From Escherichia coli (GTDB taxonomy: Bacteria > Pseudomonadota > Gammaproteobacteria > Enterobacterales > Enterobacteriaceae), in the NCBI RefSeq assembly GCF_024298765.1, contig NZ_CP101210.1: a stretch of 64,000 bases of DNA. One strand, given 5' to 3'. Shown piece after piece: positions 10,690 to 25,361 of the stretch. Within the stretch, counting starts at the first letter, position 1; each line of letters opens with the position of its first letter. The notes under the pieces are model-generated. The model worked only from the letters and a program-made list of their open reading frames with translations, was not told the origin of the DNA and did no database searches. The position numbers and the translations under genes are program-made.

Positions 10690-12219
10690 ATGAGACGGGC
10701 AATCAGCTACATCAGATTTTCAAGTGAACGACAACTAAAAGGGGACTCTGTACGCAGACAATCTAAGCTGGTCACTGACTGGCTTGATAAGAACCCTGAG
10801 TTTTACTTGGATTCATCCTTGAGCTTTAAAGATTTGGGGAAAAGTGCTTTTAGTGGTAAGCACTTGAAAGGTGGCTTAGGTGACTTTTTAACCGCTATCG
10901 AGAAAGGGCTTGTTAAAGCTGGTGATACACTACTAATCGAGAGTTTAGACCGTCTCTCACGTCAGGATATTGATATTGCTTCTGAGCTATTACGTCGTAT
11001 CTTAAGGGCTGGTGTAGATATAGTCACACTGAGCGATGGTGAACATTACACACGAGAAAGTTTAAAAGACCCGTTATCCCTGATTAAAAGCATTCTGATA
11101 ATGCAGCGGGCGCATGAGGAAAGTCTGAGGAAGTCTGAGCGTGTCCAAGCTGCATGGAACCGTAAAAAAGAACTCATCTCCGAAGGTATCAAGGTATCTA
11201 GGCGTTGTCCTGCATGGTTAAGGCTGAATGATGACCGTCGAACATTCACTATCATCCCCGATAAAGTGGAAGTTGTTAAACGAGCATTTGACCTGAGATT
11301 ACAGGGTTTAAGCTTTTGGGCTATCACCAGAACTTTAAACGATGAAGGCCACTTGTCATTGAATCAATACACACCTAAACAAAAGGGATGGTCTGATACT
11401 GCTGTAAAGAAACTACTCAGAAATCGTGCTGTGATTGGATGTTTCACACCTGCTGGACGTGAAGAAGTTCAGGGTTACTACCCCGCAATAATCAGTGAGT
11501 CACTATTCTATCGAGTACAGCAACTGAACACAGGGCAATATGGTAGGGCTTCTGTATCAAGTAATCCGCTATCAGTCAACTTGTTCAGGGGTATCATCAA
11601 ATGTTCTGAGTGTGGGGCTACTATTGTTCTTGGTGGATATGCCTTAAAACGTTTTGGGATGTACAGATGCCCTAATCGTTCAGCTAACAGGTGTAGTGCA
11701 AAGGCTATCAGTCGTAAGCAAACGGATACAACTATCCTTTACATGCTCGCATTATGCGACCGTTTTGAAACTGAAAATACTGACACTATTGATAGCCTTA
11801 AATTACAGCGTGAAGATTTGCAGCGTAAAATCTCAAAAATGGCAGAACTCGCTATTGAACTCGATGACATGACAATTATCACAGAGAAATTACGTGATAT
11901 GAAGAATGCGCTATCAAAACTCAATCATGATATCGAAGAGGAAACAAAGCGGATAAAGGCCATCACAACTGGAAGCCTCAAAGATATTGACAGGACAACA
12001 AAGGAAGGGATGATAGAGACACAGCTACTTATCAAGGGCGTACTCAAAGAAATAGTTATAGATGCCGCTAAACGTCGCTGTAAAGTGACTTTTCACAACG
12101 GTAAGGTAATTGACCTACCTATAACAGAAAACCCCTCAGAGGACGTTACAGAGGCCATACAGTCGCTTTCTGAAGTCACTGAGAGGGGTTTAATAGATGT
12201 TGATGTAGTAGCGATTTAG
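10690..12219 (+). CDS. Large serine recombinase (integrase-type)
   Basis: About 509 aa: N-terminal resolvase-type catalytic domain (AISYIRFSSERQ with the candidate Ser nucleophile; SLDRLSRQ), a Cys-rich zinc-ribbon-like segment (CSECGATIVLGG...YRCPNRSANRCS) and a C-terminal predicted coiled coil. ATG at 10690 preceded by AGGT. Confidence 0.8.
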   Translation: MRRAISYIRFSSERQLKGDSVRRQSKLVTDWLDKNPEFYLDSSLSFKDLGKSAFSGKHLKGGLGDFLTAIEKGLVKAGDTLLIESLDRLSRQDIDIASELLRRILRAGVDIVTLSDGEHYTRESLKDPLSLIKSILIMQRAHEESLRKSERVQAAWNRKKELISEGIKVSRRCPAWLRLNDDRRTFTIIPDKVEVVKRAFDLRLQGLSFWAITRTLNDEGHLSLNQYTPKQKGWSDTAVKKLLRNRAVIGCFTPAGREEVQGYYPAIISESLFYRVQQLNTGQYGRASVSSNPLSVNLFRGIIKCSECGATIVLGGYALKRFGMYRCPNRSANRCSAKAISRKQTDTTILYMLALCDRFETENTDTIDSLKLQREDLQRKISKMAELAIELDDMTIITEKLRDMKNALSKLNHDIEEETKRIKAITTGSLKDIDRTTKEGMIETQLLIKGVLKEIVIDAAKRRCKVTFHNGKVIDLPITENPSEDVTEAIQSLSEVTERGLIDVDVVAI

Positions 12220-12358
12220 TATCTCTTATTAGGATTCACTGAGTACTTTTTAAGCTTTGAAGCTACCCGACCAGCGTTACTGTTAGCATTGGTGAGGTTG
12301 GTTTTTTCAGCTTCTTCACAAAAAAGCTTCAGAGGTCTTCTTAACCATCCGCTAAGCA

Positions 12359-12402
12359 GGAGAGAGGGTGGTACATGAGAAAGAACCCTCACTTCTAAAA
12401 AG
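12359..12402 (+). repeat. Copy A of recurring element motif GAGAGAGGG-N-ACCCT-N-AAAAG
   Basis: ggagagagggtggtacatgagaaagaaccctcacttctaaaaag; contains the inverted repeat GAGGG...CCCTC; about 140 bp after the large recombinase stop. Confidence 0.5.
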
Positions 12403-12807
12403 ATTTTTTAGCTATTTTGCTTAAAACCATATCAAAAGATACATTTTATTGATTCAGGTCAAAGACAAAAGCATTGACAAAATGGTAAAATTGTTCACAT
12501 GACCTTACTTAACAGACTTTTTAAGAGCTTTTGAGAAGCTTGTTGAACAGACACTCTTTCTGGAGTGTTGTCTTTTACTTAAGAGGTTTGTTTAGATAAC
12601 TCTCAAGGCATCTCTTAAGAATCACTGTTAAGGTGATACTCTCCCTTCGGGTTATATCGTATCTCTTCTCCCGTTAGACAGTTTTTCCTAGCAACTTCAT
12701 AGTTATCTGTCAAGTGCCTTTGAAGATTCCATCAAGACCTCTGAATCTGACCTGATATAGATGCTGTGAAGGCATATTCTCTAGGTCTGTGTAGCTTACT
12801 TAGTGGG

Positions 12808-12853
12808 AAGAGAGGGATATAGTGACCATAGGGGAACCCCTCCTGTTAAAAAG
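12808..12853 (+). repeat. Copy B of the recurring element motif
   Basis: aagagagggatatagtgaccataggggaacccctcctgttaaaaag; same GAGGG...CCCTC arrangement, same orientation. Confidence 0.45.
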
Positions 12854-13356
12854 ACTACTTAGAAGTCTGAGACTTTAGTAAAATCTGTGAATATAGCTTC
12901 TCAGACGCTCTGTAACGCATTCTAAGCGATTTTACCACCTTATTTTAAGGTGGGTGGTACATCCCTATAGGTTACCCTAAAAATGGGGTTAAAACTCGCT
13001 ACAGAGCTTTCTATGAGGCTTGGTAGAGTTGCATAAATTTTACACAACACTTATTCAGCTTCTAAATTTTTTTATAAAAAATCGTAGTAACCCCTCTACA
13101 TTCCCCTTCACCGATAATCTTCAAAAATATCTATCACAGGTCTATACCTGCTAAGTACCCGTCACTACGCCTAAGTGGTCCCCTTTGCAAAATTTTAAAA
13201 TATCTATTGACTTTTTATGTGAACTGTTATAAAGACCGCTCCATCTCTTAGGCATACCGTTATAGCATACTAAAAAGGTATAGCTAACCCCCTGTAAAAA
13301 CCATACCGATTAGCCTTGTAAAACACTTTATCGGTACATTATACTCAACTCATCAA

Positions 13357-13926
13357 ATGAGTAAGGCAAATGAGTATATTATGGCTAACATTGGTTATAT
13401 CCGAGTTTCATCAATCCAGCAGATTACAGACCGTCAACTTGAAGGGGTCGTACTGGATAAGATATTTACTGATAAAGCATCTGGGAAGAATACAGACCGT
13501 CCACAACTAAAGGCTATGCTCGATTATGTTCGTGAAGGTGATGTTATCCATGTACACGACTTGTCACGTTTAGGGCGCTCTACCGTGGATGTATTAACGC
13601 TGGTGGATAAACTTTCACAGAAAGGTATCAAGGTTCACTTTCACAAAGAAGGTCTGATAACTGGTGACGATAACCCCACGTCTAAGATGATTCTCACAAT
13701 CTTTTCAGCAGTGGCTGAAGCTGAACGTAAAATGATGCTTGAGCGTCAACGAGAAGGCTATGAAGCTGCTAAAGCTGCTGGTCGTGTAGTTGGAAGGGGT
13801 AACGGTAAAGCGGTTGACAGAGAAGGTATTAAAGCTGCTCTTGCTGCTGGTGGTTCAATCGCTAAAGTAGCCGCTCAATTCAACGTTGCCAAGTCAACTG
13901 TACAGCGTATTAAAGCTGAAGATTAA
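13357..13926 (+). CDS. Small serine recombinase, resolvase/invertase type with C-terminal HTH
   Basis: 189 aa; GYIRVSSIQQ catalytic motif, IFTDKASG and LSRLGRS motifs typical of Tn3/gamma-delta-type resolvases, C-terminal HTH (IAKVAAQFNVAKSTVQRI). Alternative start ATG at 13381. Confidence 0.82.
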   Translation: MSKANEYIMANIGYIRVSSIQQITDRQLEGVVLDKIFTDKASGKNTDRPQLKAMLDYVREGDVIHVHDLSRLGRSTVDVLTLVDKLSQKGIKVHFHKEGLITGDDNPTSKMILTIFSAVAEAERKMMLERQREGYEAAKAAGRVVGRGNGKAVDREGIKAALAAGGSIAKVAAQFNVAKSTVQRIKAED

Positions 13927-13939
13927 GTCAGGAAATACA

Positions 13940-14623
13940 TTAGATTTTTCTTCCAAATAAACTTGGGAGATTCTTACGGTTTCTTGCTTGCATCATTATT
14001 TCTGGGCTAACAAGTTTTTTTAATTCGCTTCTGTACTCATCAATAGAACACTCATCCGCAACAAGTTTTGAAATCAGGTCTTCAATAGACATAACATCTT
14101 GTTGCAGGAAATCAAGTTCACGAGACAAGTGCTTTTTTTGATTCTCTAACTTTCCTATCTCAGCATTTAAGTTATCTACATCTGTCGCCAATTTCTCTGC
14201 CTGAGATTTCAAATTACTTGTATCTTCTTTTTCTCTTTCGATAAGGTTTTTTTGTTTCTCAATCTTCAACTTTGACGTCAGTCTAGCTGACTCTTCAAGA
14301 TTTTCAGCTTCTACTTTTTGTCTTGCTCGCCATGCGGTTGCCTTGATTTGAAGTAGTGTTACAAGGTTGCTGAAGTAAGGGAAAAAGGTCGCCAAAATGA
14401 ACCCTAGCCCTACGGGATAGCATAATGTTTTTAGATAGAAGTCTTCCGTCGATGTGATTTGTTGAATACGAGTAACAACCGAAGCCTCACTAAGACACAT
14501 GATAGCAATGCTTTTCCAGTTAAATCCCACCCATGACAAAATGATGTAGCCCCATAAAGGGTTAGCTACTCGTTCCTTCAACGCCTGCTTAACTGATTCC
14601 GTGATACTTTCTTCACTACTCAC
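13940..14623 (-). CDS. Hypothetical protein with two N-terminal hydrophobic segments and a C-terminal predicted coiled coil
   Basis: 227 aa ORF confined to the insertion; hydrophobic segments WGYIILSWVGFNW and PVGLGFILATFFPYF, then a K/E-rich heptad-like region; no family recognised. Confidence 0.6.
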   Translation of the reverse strand: MSSEESITESVKQALKERVANPLWGYIILSWVGFNWKSIAIMCLSEASVVTRIQQITSTEDFYLKTLCYPVGLGFILATFFPYFSNLVTLLQIKATAWRARQKVEAENLEESARLTSKLKIEKQKNLIEREKEDTSNLKSQAEKLATDVDNLNAEIGKLENQKKHLSRELDFLQQDVMSIEDLISKLVADECSIDEYRSELKKLVSPEIMMQARNRKNLPSLFGRKI

Positions 14624-14714
14624 AATTACTGCTCCATAGAAAACTCTGGTTTGAGAAATTTTAATGCGAATCCAATCAGTTAGATAGACCTGTAAATAGC
14701 AATTTTATAGAAGT

Positions 14715-14756
14715 CGAGAGAGGGATGACTAACACCCTGCATAGTTTCCTGAAAAG
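14715..14756 (+). repeat. Copy D of the recurring element motif
   Basis: cgagagagggatgactaacaccctgcatagtttcctgaaaag; same orientation; about 95 bp upstream of the minus-strand 227 aa gene start. Confidence 0.45.
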
Positions 14757-14954
14757 AGACTTCGCATATTATCTATATATTTCAATAAGTTATGCTAAAA
14801 AGGAACTATACCAATACTGCATAGATTCTGCGTAAAACTGCTTGGATACTTGGAAATCCACCATTAAATTGCATAGTCATTCACCTGATAAAGCCTGTTA
14901 TTAACAGGTGATAGGATTCGGATGTTCTCATAGTGTATTTAGGGAATTAATATC

Positions 14955-16001
14955 AGCATTACATTTTTATTTTCGGCCATCGCCTCACCGTTTTGGGGTG
15001 GACTCGCCGACCGTAAAGGCCGAAAACTCATGCTATTACGCTCTGCCCTCGGCATGGGCATCGTGATGGTGTTGATGGGACTGGCACAAAATATCTGGCA
15101 GTTTTTGATCCTGCGGGCGCTTCTTGGGTTACTTGGCGGATTTGTCCCCAACGCTAATGCTCTTATCGCCACACAAGTACCGCGTAATAAAAGCGGCTGG
15201 GCGCTGGGTACGCTCTCCACAGGCGGCGTTAGTGGTGCGTTGCTCGGCCCAATGGCTGGCGGCCTGCTCGCCGATAGCTACGGCTTACGTCCGGTATTCT
15301 TTATTACCGCCAGTGTGCTCATACTCTGCTTTTTCGTCACCCTGTTCTGCATCAGAGAAAAATTCCAGCCGGTCAGCAAAAAAGAGATGCTGCACATGCG
15401 GGAAGTGGTGACATCACTTAAAAACCCGAAACTGGTACTCAGCCTGTTTGTCACCACGTTAATCATCCAGGTGGCGACAGGCTCAATTGCCCCCATTCTG
15501 ACGCTGTATGTCCGCGAACTGGCGGGTAACGTCAGTAACGTCGCCTTTATCAGTGGCATGATCGCCTCGGTGCCAGGCGTGGCGGCTCTGCTAAGCGCAC
15601 CACGACTCGGCAAACTTGGCGATCGAATCGGACCCGAAAAGATCCTGATTACAGCGCTGATCTTTTCTGTACTGCTGTTGATCCCAATGTCTTACGTTCA
15701 GACGCCATTGCAACTTGGGATTTTACGTTTTTTGCTCGGTGCCGCCGATGGTGCACTACTCCCCGCCGTACAGACACTGTTGGTTTACAACTCGAGCAAC
15801 CAGATCGCCGGGCGTATCTTCAGCTATAACCAATCGTTTCGTGATATTGGCAACGTTACCGGACCATTGATGGGAGCAGCGATTTCAGCGAACTACGGTT
15901 TCAGAGCGGTATTTCTCGTCACCGCTGGCGTCGTGTTATTCAACGCAGTCTATTCATGGAACAGTCTACGTCGTCGTCGAATACCCCAGGTATCGAACTG
16001 A
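14955..16001 (+). pseudogene. mdtG: mdtG 3' fragment (C-terminal ~348 codons), separated from its 5' part by the insertion
   Basis: In frame from 14955: [43 protein letters not shown]... to ...[13 protein letters not shown], recognised as the remainder of MdtG; no start codon or RBS in native context. Confidence 0.85.
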
Positions 16002-16083
16002 TTTTTCGCCTTTCATACTTGCAAAAGCGGAGAATCAGCTATCCTTTTCCCTGAAACCTCATCAACTCAAAGGGAGAATCGTG

Positions 16084-16458
16084 ATGACCATGTACGCAAC
16101 GCTTGAAGAAGCCATTGACGCTGCACGCGAAGAATTTCTTGCAGACAACCCCGGCATCGACGCCGAAGATGCGAATGTGCAACAGTTCAATGCCCAAAAA
16201 TACGTTTTGCAGGACGGCGACATCATGTGGCAAGTTGAGTTTTTTGCCGACGAAGGGGAAGAAGGTGAATGTTTACCTATGCTTAGCGGTGAAGCCGCGC
16301 AAAGTGTTTTTGATGGCGACTATGATGAGATAGAGATACGCCAGGAGTGGCAGGAAGAGAATACATTACATGAATGGGACGAGGGGGAATTTCAGCTTGA
16401 GCCACCGCTGGATACCGAGGAAGGACGCGCAGCAGCTGATGAGTGGGATGAACGTTAA
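16084..16458 (+). CDS. msyB: Acidic protein MsyB
   Basis: MTMYATLEEAIDAAREEFLADNPGIDAEDANVQQFNAQKY..., very acidic, 124 aa. Confidence 0.92.
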   Translation: MTMYATLEEAIDAAREEFLADNPGIDAEDANVQQFNAQKYVLQDGDIMWQVEFFADEGEEGECLPMLSGEAAQSVFDGDYDEIEIRQEWQEENTLHEWDEGEFQLEPPLDTEEGRAAADEWDER

Positions 16459-16686
16459 TCACTCATACGGGCCATGATGAATGTCGATCGGCAGCAGTAA
16501 AGTATCGAAAACCAGGGAGAATGGCAGATCAAGGATCGTGACGTAACGCCAGGCGGAGTCACGCACGTCCCATTGCACACCGGGATAATATTGGTTGCCA
16601 TGCCCCTGCCCCGGTATAGTGCGACTAATGATGCTGCCACAGCCACTCAGCAAGGTCACCATTATGCTCATCACAATTAAACGCAT
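16459..16686 (-). CDS. yceK: Lipoprotein YceK
   Basis: 75 aa MRLIVMSIMVTLLSGCGSIISRTIPGQGHG... with lipobox. Confidence 0.88.
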   Translation of the reverse strand: MRLIVMSIMVTLLSGCGSIISRTIPGQGHGNQYYPGVQWDVRDSAWRYVTILDLPFSLVFDTLLLPIDIHHGPYE

Positions 16687-16748
16687 TTGATACCTCTTCC
16701 GTAAAAAATACCGGCATAACGCCGGTATTTTTATTGGCTCGTTGTTTT

Positions 16749-16850
16749 TGCCGGATGCGGCGTGAACGCTTTACCCGACCTACAAAATCTTGCAAAATCA
16801 ATAAATTGCAGGAACGATGTAGGCCTGATAAGCGTAGCGCATCAGGCAAC
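16749..16850. repeat. REP-type palindromic repeats
   Basis: gccggatgcggcgtgaacgc...taggcctgataagcgtagcgcatcaggc, the GCCGGATGCGGCG / GCCTGATAAGCG family seen elsewhere in the window. Confidence 0.6.
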
Positions 16851-16857
16851 TACGTTT

Positions 16858-21040
<4,183 letters not shown>

Positions 21041-21322
21041 TCAGCACACTGGCTCATGGATTAAGCACCTGATTGCAACCGTTTTCACTTTCCGTGCTTC
21101 TCCTAAAGACAGAAGCATCGACTTCGTGTAGGGTTTGCCAGCAAATTTATTTATCAACCGTCTTACAGACGCTTCCATTCTGGTTAGTGGTAGCGATGAT
21201 GCTATGCATAAAAACCTTGAAGCCTGCGCCTGGCGCGGTCAGGTCGGTGTCGCTATGGCAACAAGCCTAAAGGCATAACCCGACAGGGATAAGACGAAAA
21301 ATCCGAGATTAGTTAACCATAT

Positions 21323-22480
21323 ATGAATCCAGTACCCGCGCAACGTGAATATTTCCTCGACTCCATCCGCGCCTGGCTGATGTTGTTAGGGATCCCTTTT
21401 CATATTTCTTTAATCTATTCGAGCCATACATGGCATGTGAATAGCGCCGAACCGTCATTGTGGCTGACCCTTTTTAATGACTTCATCCACTCGTTCCGCA
21501 TGCAGGTATTTTTCGTTATATCCGGGTACTTTTCCTACATGCTTTTTTTACGCTATCCCTTGAAAAAATGGTGGAAAGTACGTGTCGAACGTGTAGGTAT
21601 CCCGATGTTAACAGCCATCCCCCTACTGACATTACCGCAATTTATTATGCTGCAATACGTCAAAGGGAAAGCGGAAAGTTGGCCTGGGCTATCATTGTAT
21701 GACAAATATAATACGTTGGCCTGGGAATTAATATCACACCTGTGGTTTTTACTGGTGTTAGTAGTCATGACGACGCTGTGCGTATGGATATTTAAGCGCA
21801 TCAGAAATAATTTAGAAAATTCTGATAAAACGAATAAAAAATTCTCGATGGTAAAACTATCGGTGATTTTTTTGTGCCTCGGCATCGGTTATGCGGTAAT
21901 AAGAAGAACGATTTTTATTGTGTATCCGCCCATTCTGAGTAATGGCATGTTCAATTTTATTGTCATGCAAACGCTATTTTATTTGCCGTTCTTTATCCTC
22001 GGCGCACTGGCTTTCATTTTCCCTCATCTTAAAGCCTTGTTTACCACGCCGTCTCGTGGCTGTACCCTTGCAGCAGCATTGGCATTTGTCGCTTATTTAC
22101 TCAACCAGCGCTATGGCAGTGGCGATGCCTGGATGTACGAAACCGAGTCGGTGATCACCATGGTCCTCGGTCTGTGGATGGTGAATGTGGTCTTCTCCTT
22201 TGGCCACCGTTTGCTTAACTTCCAGTCAGCGCGGGTGACTTATTTTGTTAACGCATCGCTGTTTATCTATCTGGTTCACCACCCGTTAACGCTGTTTTTC
22301 GGCGCATACATTACACCACACATCACCTCCAACTGGCTTGGTTTTCTCTGTGGCCTGATATTCGTAGTAGGGATTGCGATAATTCTGTATGAAATTCATT
22401 TACGCATCCCATTATTGAAGTTTTTGTTCTCTGGTAAACCGGTTGTTAAGCGTGAGAACGATAAAGCACCAGCCCGTTAA
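21323..22480 (+). CDS. opgC: Glucans biosynthesis protein C (succinyltransferase)
   Basis: 385 aa multi-[39 protein letters not shown]..., divergent from opgGH. Confidence 0.9.
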   Translation: MNPVPAQREYFLDSIRAWLMLLGIPFHISLIYSSHTWHVNSAEPSLWLTLFNDFIHSFRMQVFFVISGYFSYMLFLRYPLKKWWKVRVERVGIPMLTAIPLLTLPQFIMLQYVKGKAESWPGLSLYDKYNTLAWELISHLWFLLVLVVMTTLCVWIFKRIRNNLENSDKTNKKFSMVKLSVIFLCLGIGYAVIRRTIFIVYPPILSNGMFNFIVMQTLFYLPFFILGALAFIFPHLKALFTTPSRGCTLAAALAFVAYLLNQRYGSGDAWMYETESVITMVLGLWMVNVVFSFGHRLLNFQSARVTYFVNASLFIYLVHHPLTLFFGAYITPHITSNWLGFLCGLIFVVGIAIILYEIHLRIPLLKFLFSGKPVVKRENDKAPAR

Positions 22481-22487
22481 GCCACGC

Positions 22488-23969
22488 TTATAATAACCAT
22501 TCCACGGGCAATATCGACGCCAGTCTGACCATAACCCGCTTCCAGAAACTGGTGGCGGGTTCTTTTTTGAGAATAATCTCTTTCTTTGCATGACGATCAA
22601 CCCAGTTGATCCGTCCCCACCTGTCCAGACGGAGCTGCCAGGCCGCATCATACTGGCTCTGAATAAAGCGTTTATCAATTAACTGTGCCAACGTTTCGCT
22701 CTCTATCACGAAGCCCATTTCAGTATTGAGCAATGTCGAACGTGGATCGAAATTGAAAGAGCCGATAAACACCGTTTTACCATCGATGCTAAAGGTTTTA
22801 GCATGCAAGCTGGCACCGGAATTACCGGTTATACCGCGATCGTGTAACGTACTACTTTGTTCACGCGTCGGCTTGAGTTCATATAATTCCACGCCATAGC
22901 GGAGCAATTTTTTGCGCCAGCGCGCGTATCCGGCATGGACGACAGCAACATCGTTAGCGGCAAGAGAATTGGTTAGGATCGCAATCTTTACCCCTTTTCT
23001 CACCATCCGTAAGAGTTGCGCCACACCTGCGCGTGTCGGTACAAAATAGGAAGAGATAATATCGATGCGTTCACTGGGTGAGCCCATGATATCGAACAGG
23101 CGCTGCGGTAACAGTGAATGCCGTTTTGCCTTGCCTTCCCCTTTCGCCGGATCATCACTTAATAAACGTGTTTTCGCCCAGATAAGCGGCAACGTTCCAT
23201 CAACCAGATGATTTATAAACGGGCTGGATTCCATTTTGCGTAAATAACGATGCGTCATGGCATCGTTGTGCCAGGATGCTGGTAACTCGATGCGATCCGC
23301 CATTTCACCTTCCGGGACATCCAGCACCTGCTGTAGGGGTGAAACCGATTTGCAATACCAGTAGCGGGCGAAATCATCGGCAACGTCCTCTACAACTGGT
23401 CCTATTGCCATGACATCTAAATCCGAAAAAAGTGGCTCTTCCCCTGCACCAAAATAGGCATCACCAATATTTCGCCCCCCTACCAGGGTAACCACGCCAT
23501 CGACAGTGAAACTTTTATTGTGCATACGGCGATTGAGACGGGAAAAGTCGGTGATATAACCAAGCGGACGCAGCAAGCGAAACGAGAAAGGATTAAAAAG
23601 CCGGACTTCAATGCGGGGATGACTGTCAAGCAAGCGTAAAATGTCGTCAAGTCCGGGCGTATTGTTGTCATCCAGCAACAAACGGACGCGAACGCCACGC
23701 TTTGCTGCGGCTAACAGGGCGGAAAAGAGTAACCGACCCGACATATCGTCCTGCCAGATGTAATACTGAACATCCAGCGTATGCTCTGCCATTTCGGCCA
23801 GACGGTACCGGGCGGCAAACGCATCCAGACTTTTCTCCAGAGGAAAAAGGCCACACTGACCGGGATGTTGCGAACACAGTGGCAGCACCGCGCTCGCCAG
23901 CCGGGGCAAATCATTCATCTCCTTGTTGAGTAAGGAGTCTTTCGTAGAGGTGGGCGTTTTCTTCATCAT
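22488..23969 (-). CDS. clsC: Cardiolipin synthase C (phospholipase D family)
   Basis: ORF 22488..23978 (-) starts on TTG; contains [13 protein letters not shown]... and PLD-type HxK motifs ([16 protein letters not shown]). True start uncertain (ATG at 23969, 23966 or 23918). Confidence 0.85.
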   Translation of the reverse strand: MMKKTPTSTKDSLLNKEMNDLPRLASAVLPLCSQHPGQCGLFPLEKSLDAFAARYRLAEMAEHTLDVQYYIWQDDMSGRLLFSALLAAAKRGVRVRLLLDDNNTPGLDDILRLLDSHPRIEVRLFNPFSFRLLRPLGYITDFSRLNRRMHNKSFTVDGVVTLVGGRNIGDAYFGAGEEPLFSDLDVMAIGPVVEDVADDFARYWYCKSVSPLQQVLDVPEGEMADRIELPASWHNDAMTHRYLRKMESSPFINHLVDGTLPLIWAKTRLLSDDPAKGEGKAKRHSLLPQRLFDIMGSPSERIDIISSYFVPTRAGVAQLLRMVRKGVKIAILTNSLAANDVAVVHAGYARWRKKLLRYGVELYELKPTREQSSTLHDRGITGNSGASLHAKTFSIDGKTVFIGSFNFDPRSTLLNTEMGFVIESETLAQLIDKRFIQSQYDAAWQLRLDRWGRINWVDRHAKKEIILKKEPATSFWKRVMVRLASILPVEWLL

Positions 23970-24444
23970 AACAGACAAAGTATACCTGTTCGGGTAAAGC
24001 GTGACGGGTAATAAATTCTGAAACGGTTTTTACTGCGATTTCAGCCGCTGCCGCACGAGGGTAACCATAAACCCCAGTACTGATTGCAGGAAAAGCCACT
24101 GACGTATAGCTGTTTGCCGCCACCAGTCGTAGGCTATTGAGATAGGCATCCTGCAAAAGCTGGTCTTCGTTTTGTTCACCACCACGCCAGACTGGCCCGA
24201 CGGTGTGCACTACGGCTTTAGCAGGAAGATCGCCTGCAAGCGTAATAACGGCATGCCCCGTAGGGCAATCGCCCTGCTGCTGCCTGACTTTTAAACAGGC
24301 ATCCAACAGGGCCGGACCCGCTGCGCGATGAATGGCCCCATCGACGCCGCCGCCTCCCATTAATGACGGATTAGCCGCATTCACAATCACATCAACGGCC
24401 AGTTTGGTAATATCACCCTGCACAACATGAATACGCGTTTTCAT
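23911..24444 (-). CDS. ymdB: O-acetyl-ADP-ribose deacetylase (macro domain)
   Basis: 177 aa [43 protein letters not shown]..., a macro domain signature. Confidence 0.93.
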
Positions 24445-24538
24445 AACGCCTCCTTACACCTTCTTGTTTCTTAAGTGTACAGCAGGCTTTTTGGTTAAAT
24501 CGCATTTTTCTGCTCAGCAACGTGAGTTGTTCAGAAAC

Positions 24539-24966
<428 letters not shown>

Positions 24967-24969
24967 TAG

Positions 24970-25303
<334 letters not shown>

Positions 25304-25361
25304 ATTCTTCTCCCGAAAAAAAACAGGGCTTGCGCCCTGTTTCTTTAATACAGATGATGTA

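Larger units (their letters stand above)
10655..14954. mobile_element. AT-rich insertion of about 4.3 kb in mdtG encoding two serine recombinases and one unknown protein; putative integrative element
   Basis: Interrupts an otherwise contiguous mdtG reading frame; short repeat TCAG(T/C)AT at both junctions (10647-10653, 14953-14959); imperfect 16 bp terminal inverted repeats (10660-10675 vs 14930-14945, 13 of 16 match); large serine recombinase gene abuts the left end; composition visibly AT-richer than flanks (not computed). Boundaries +/- ~5 bp. Confidence 0.8.

Noticed and set aside
16103-16333. 76 aa ORF overlapping msyB in another frame
   Set aside because: Fully inside the well-supported msyB coding region; Lys/Thr-rich shadow frame.
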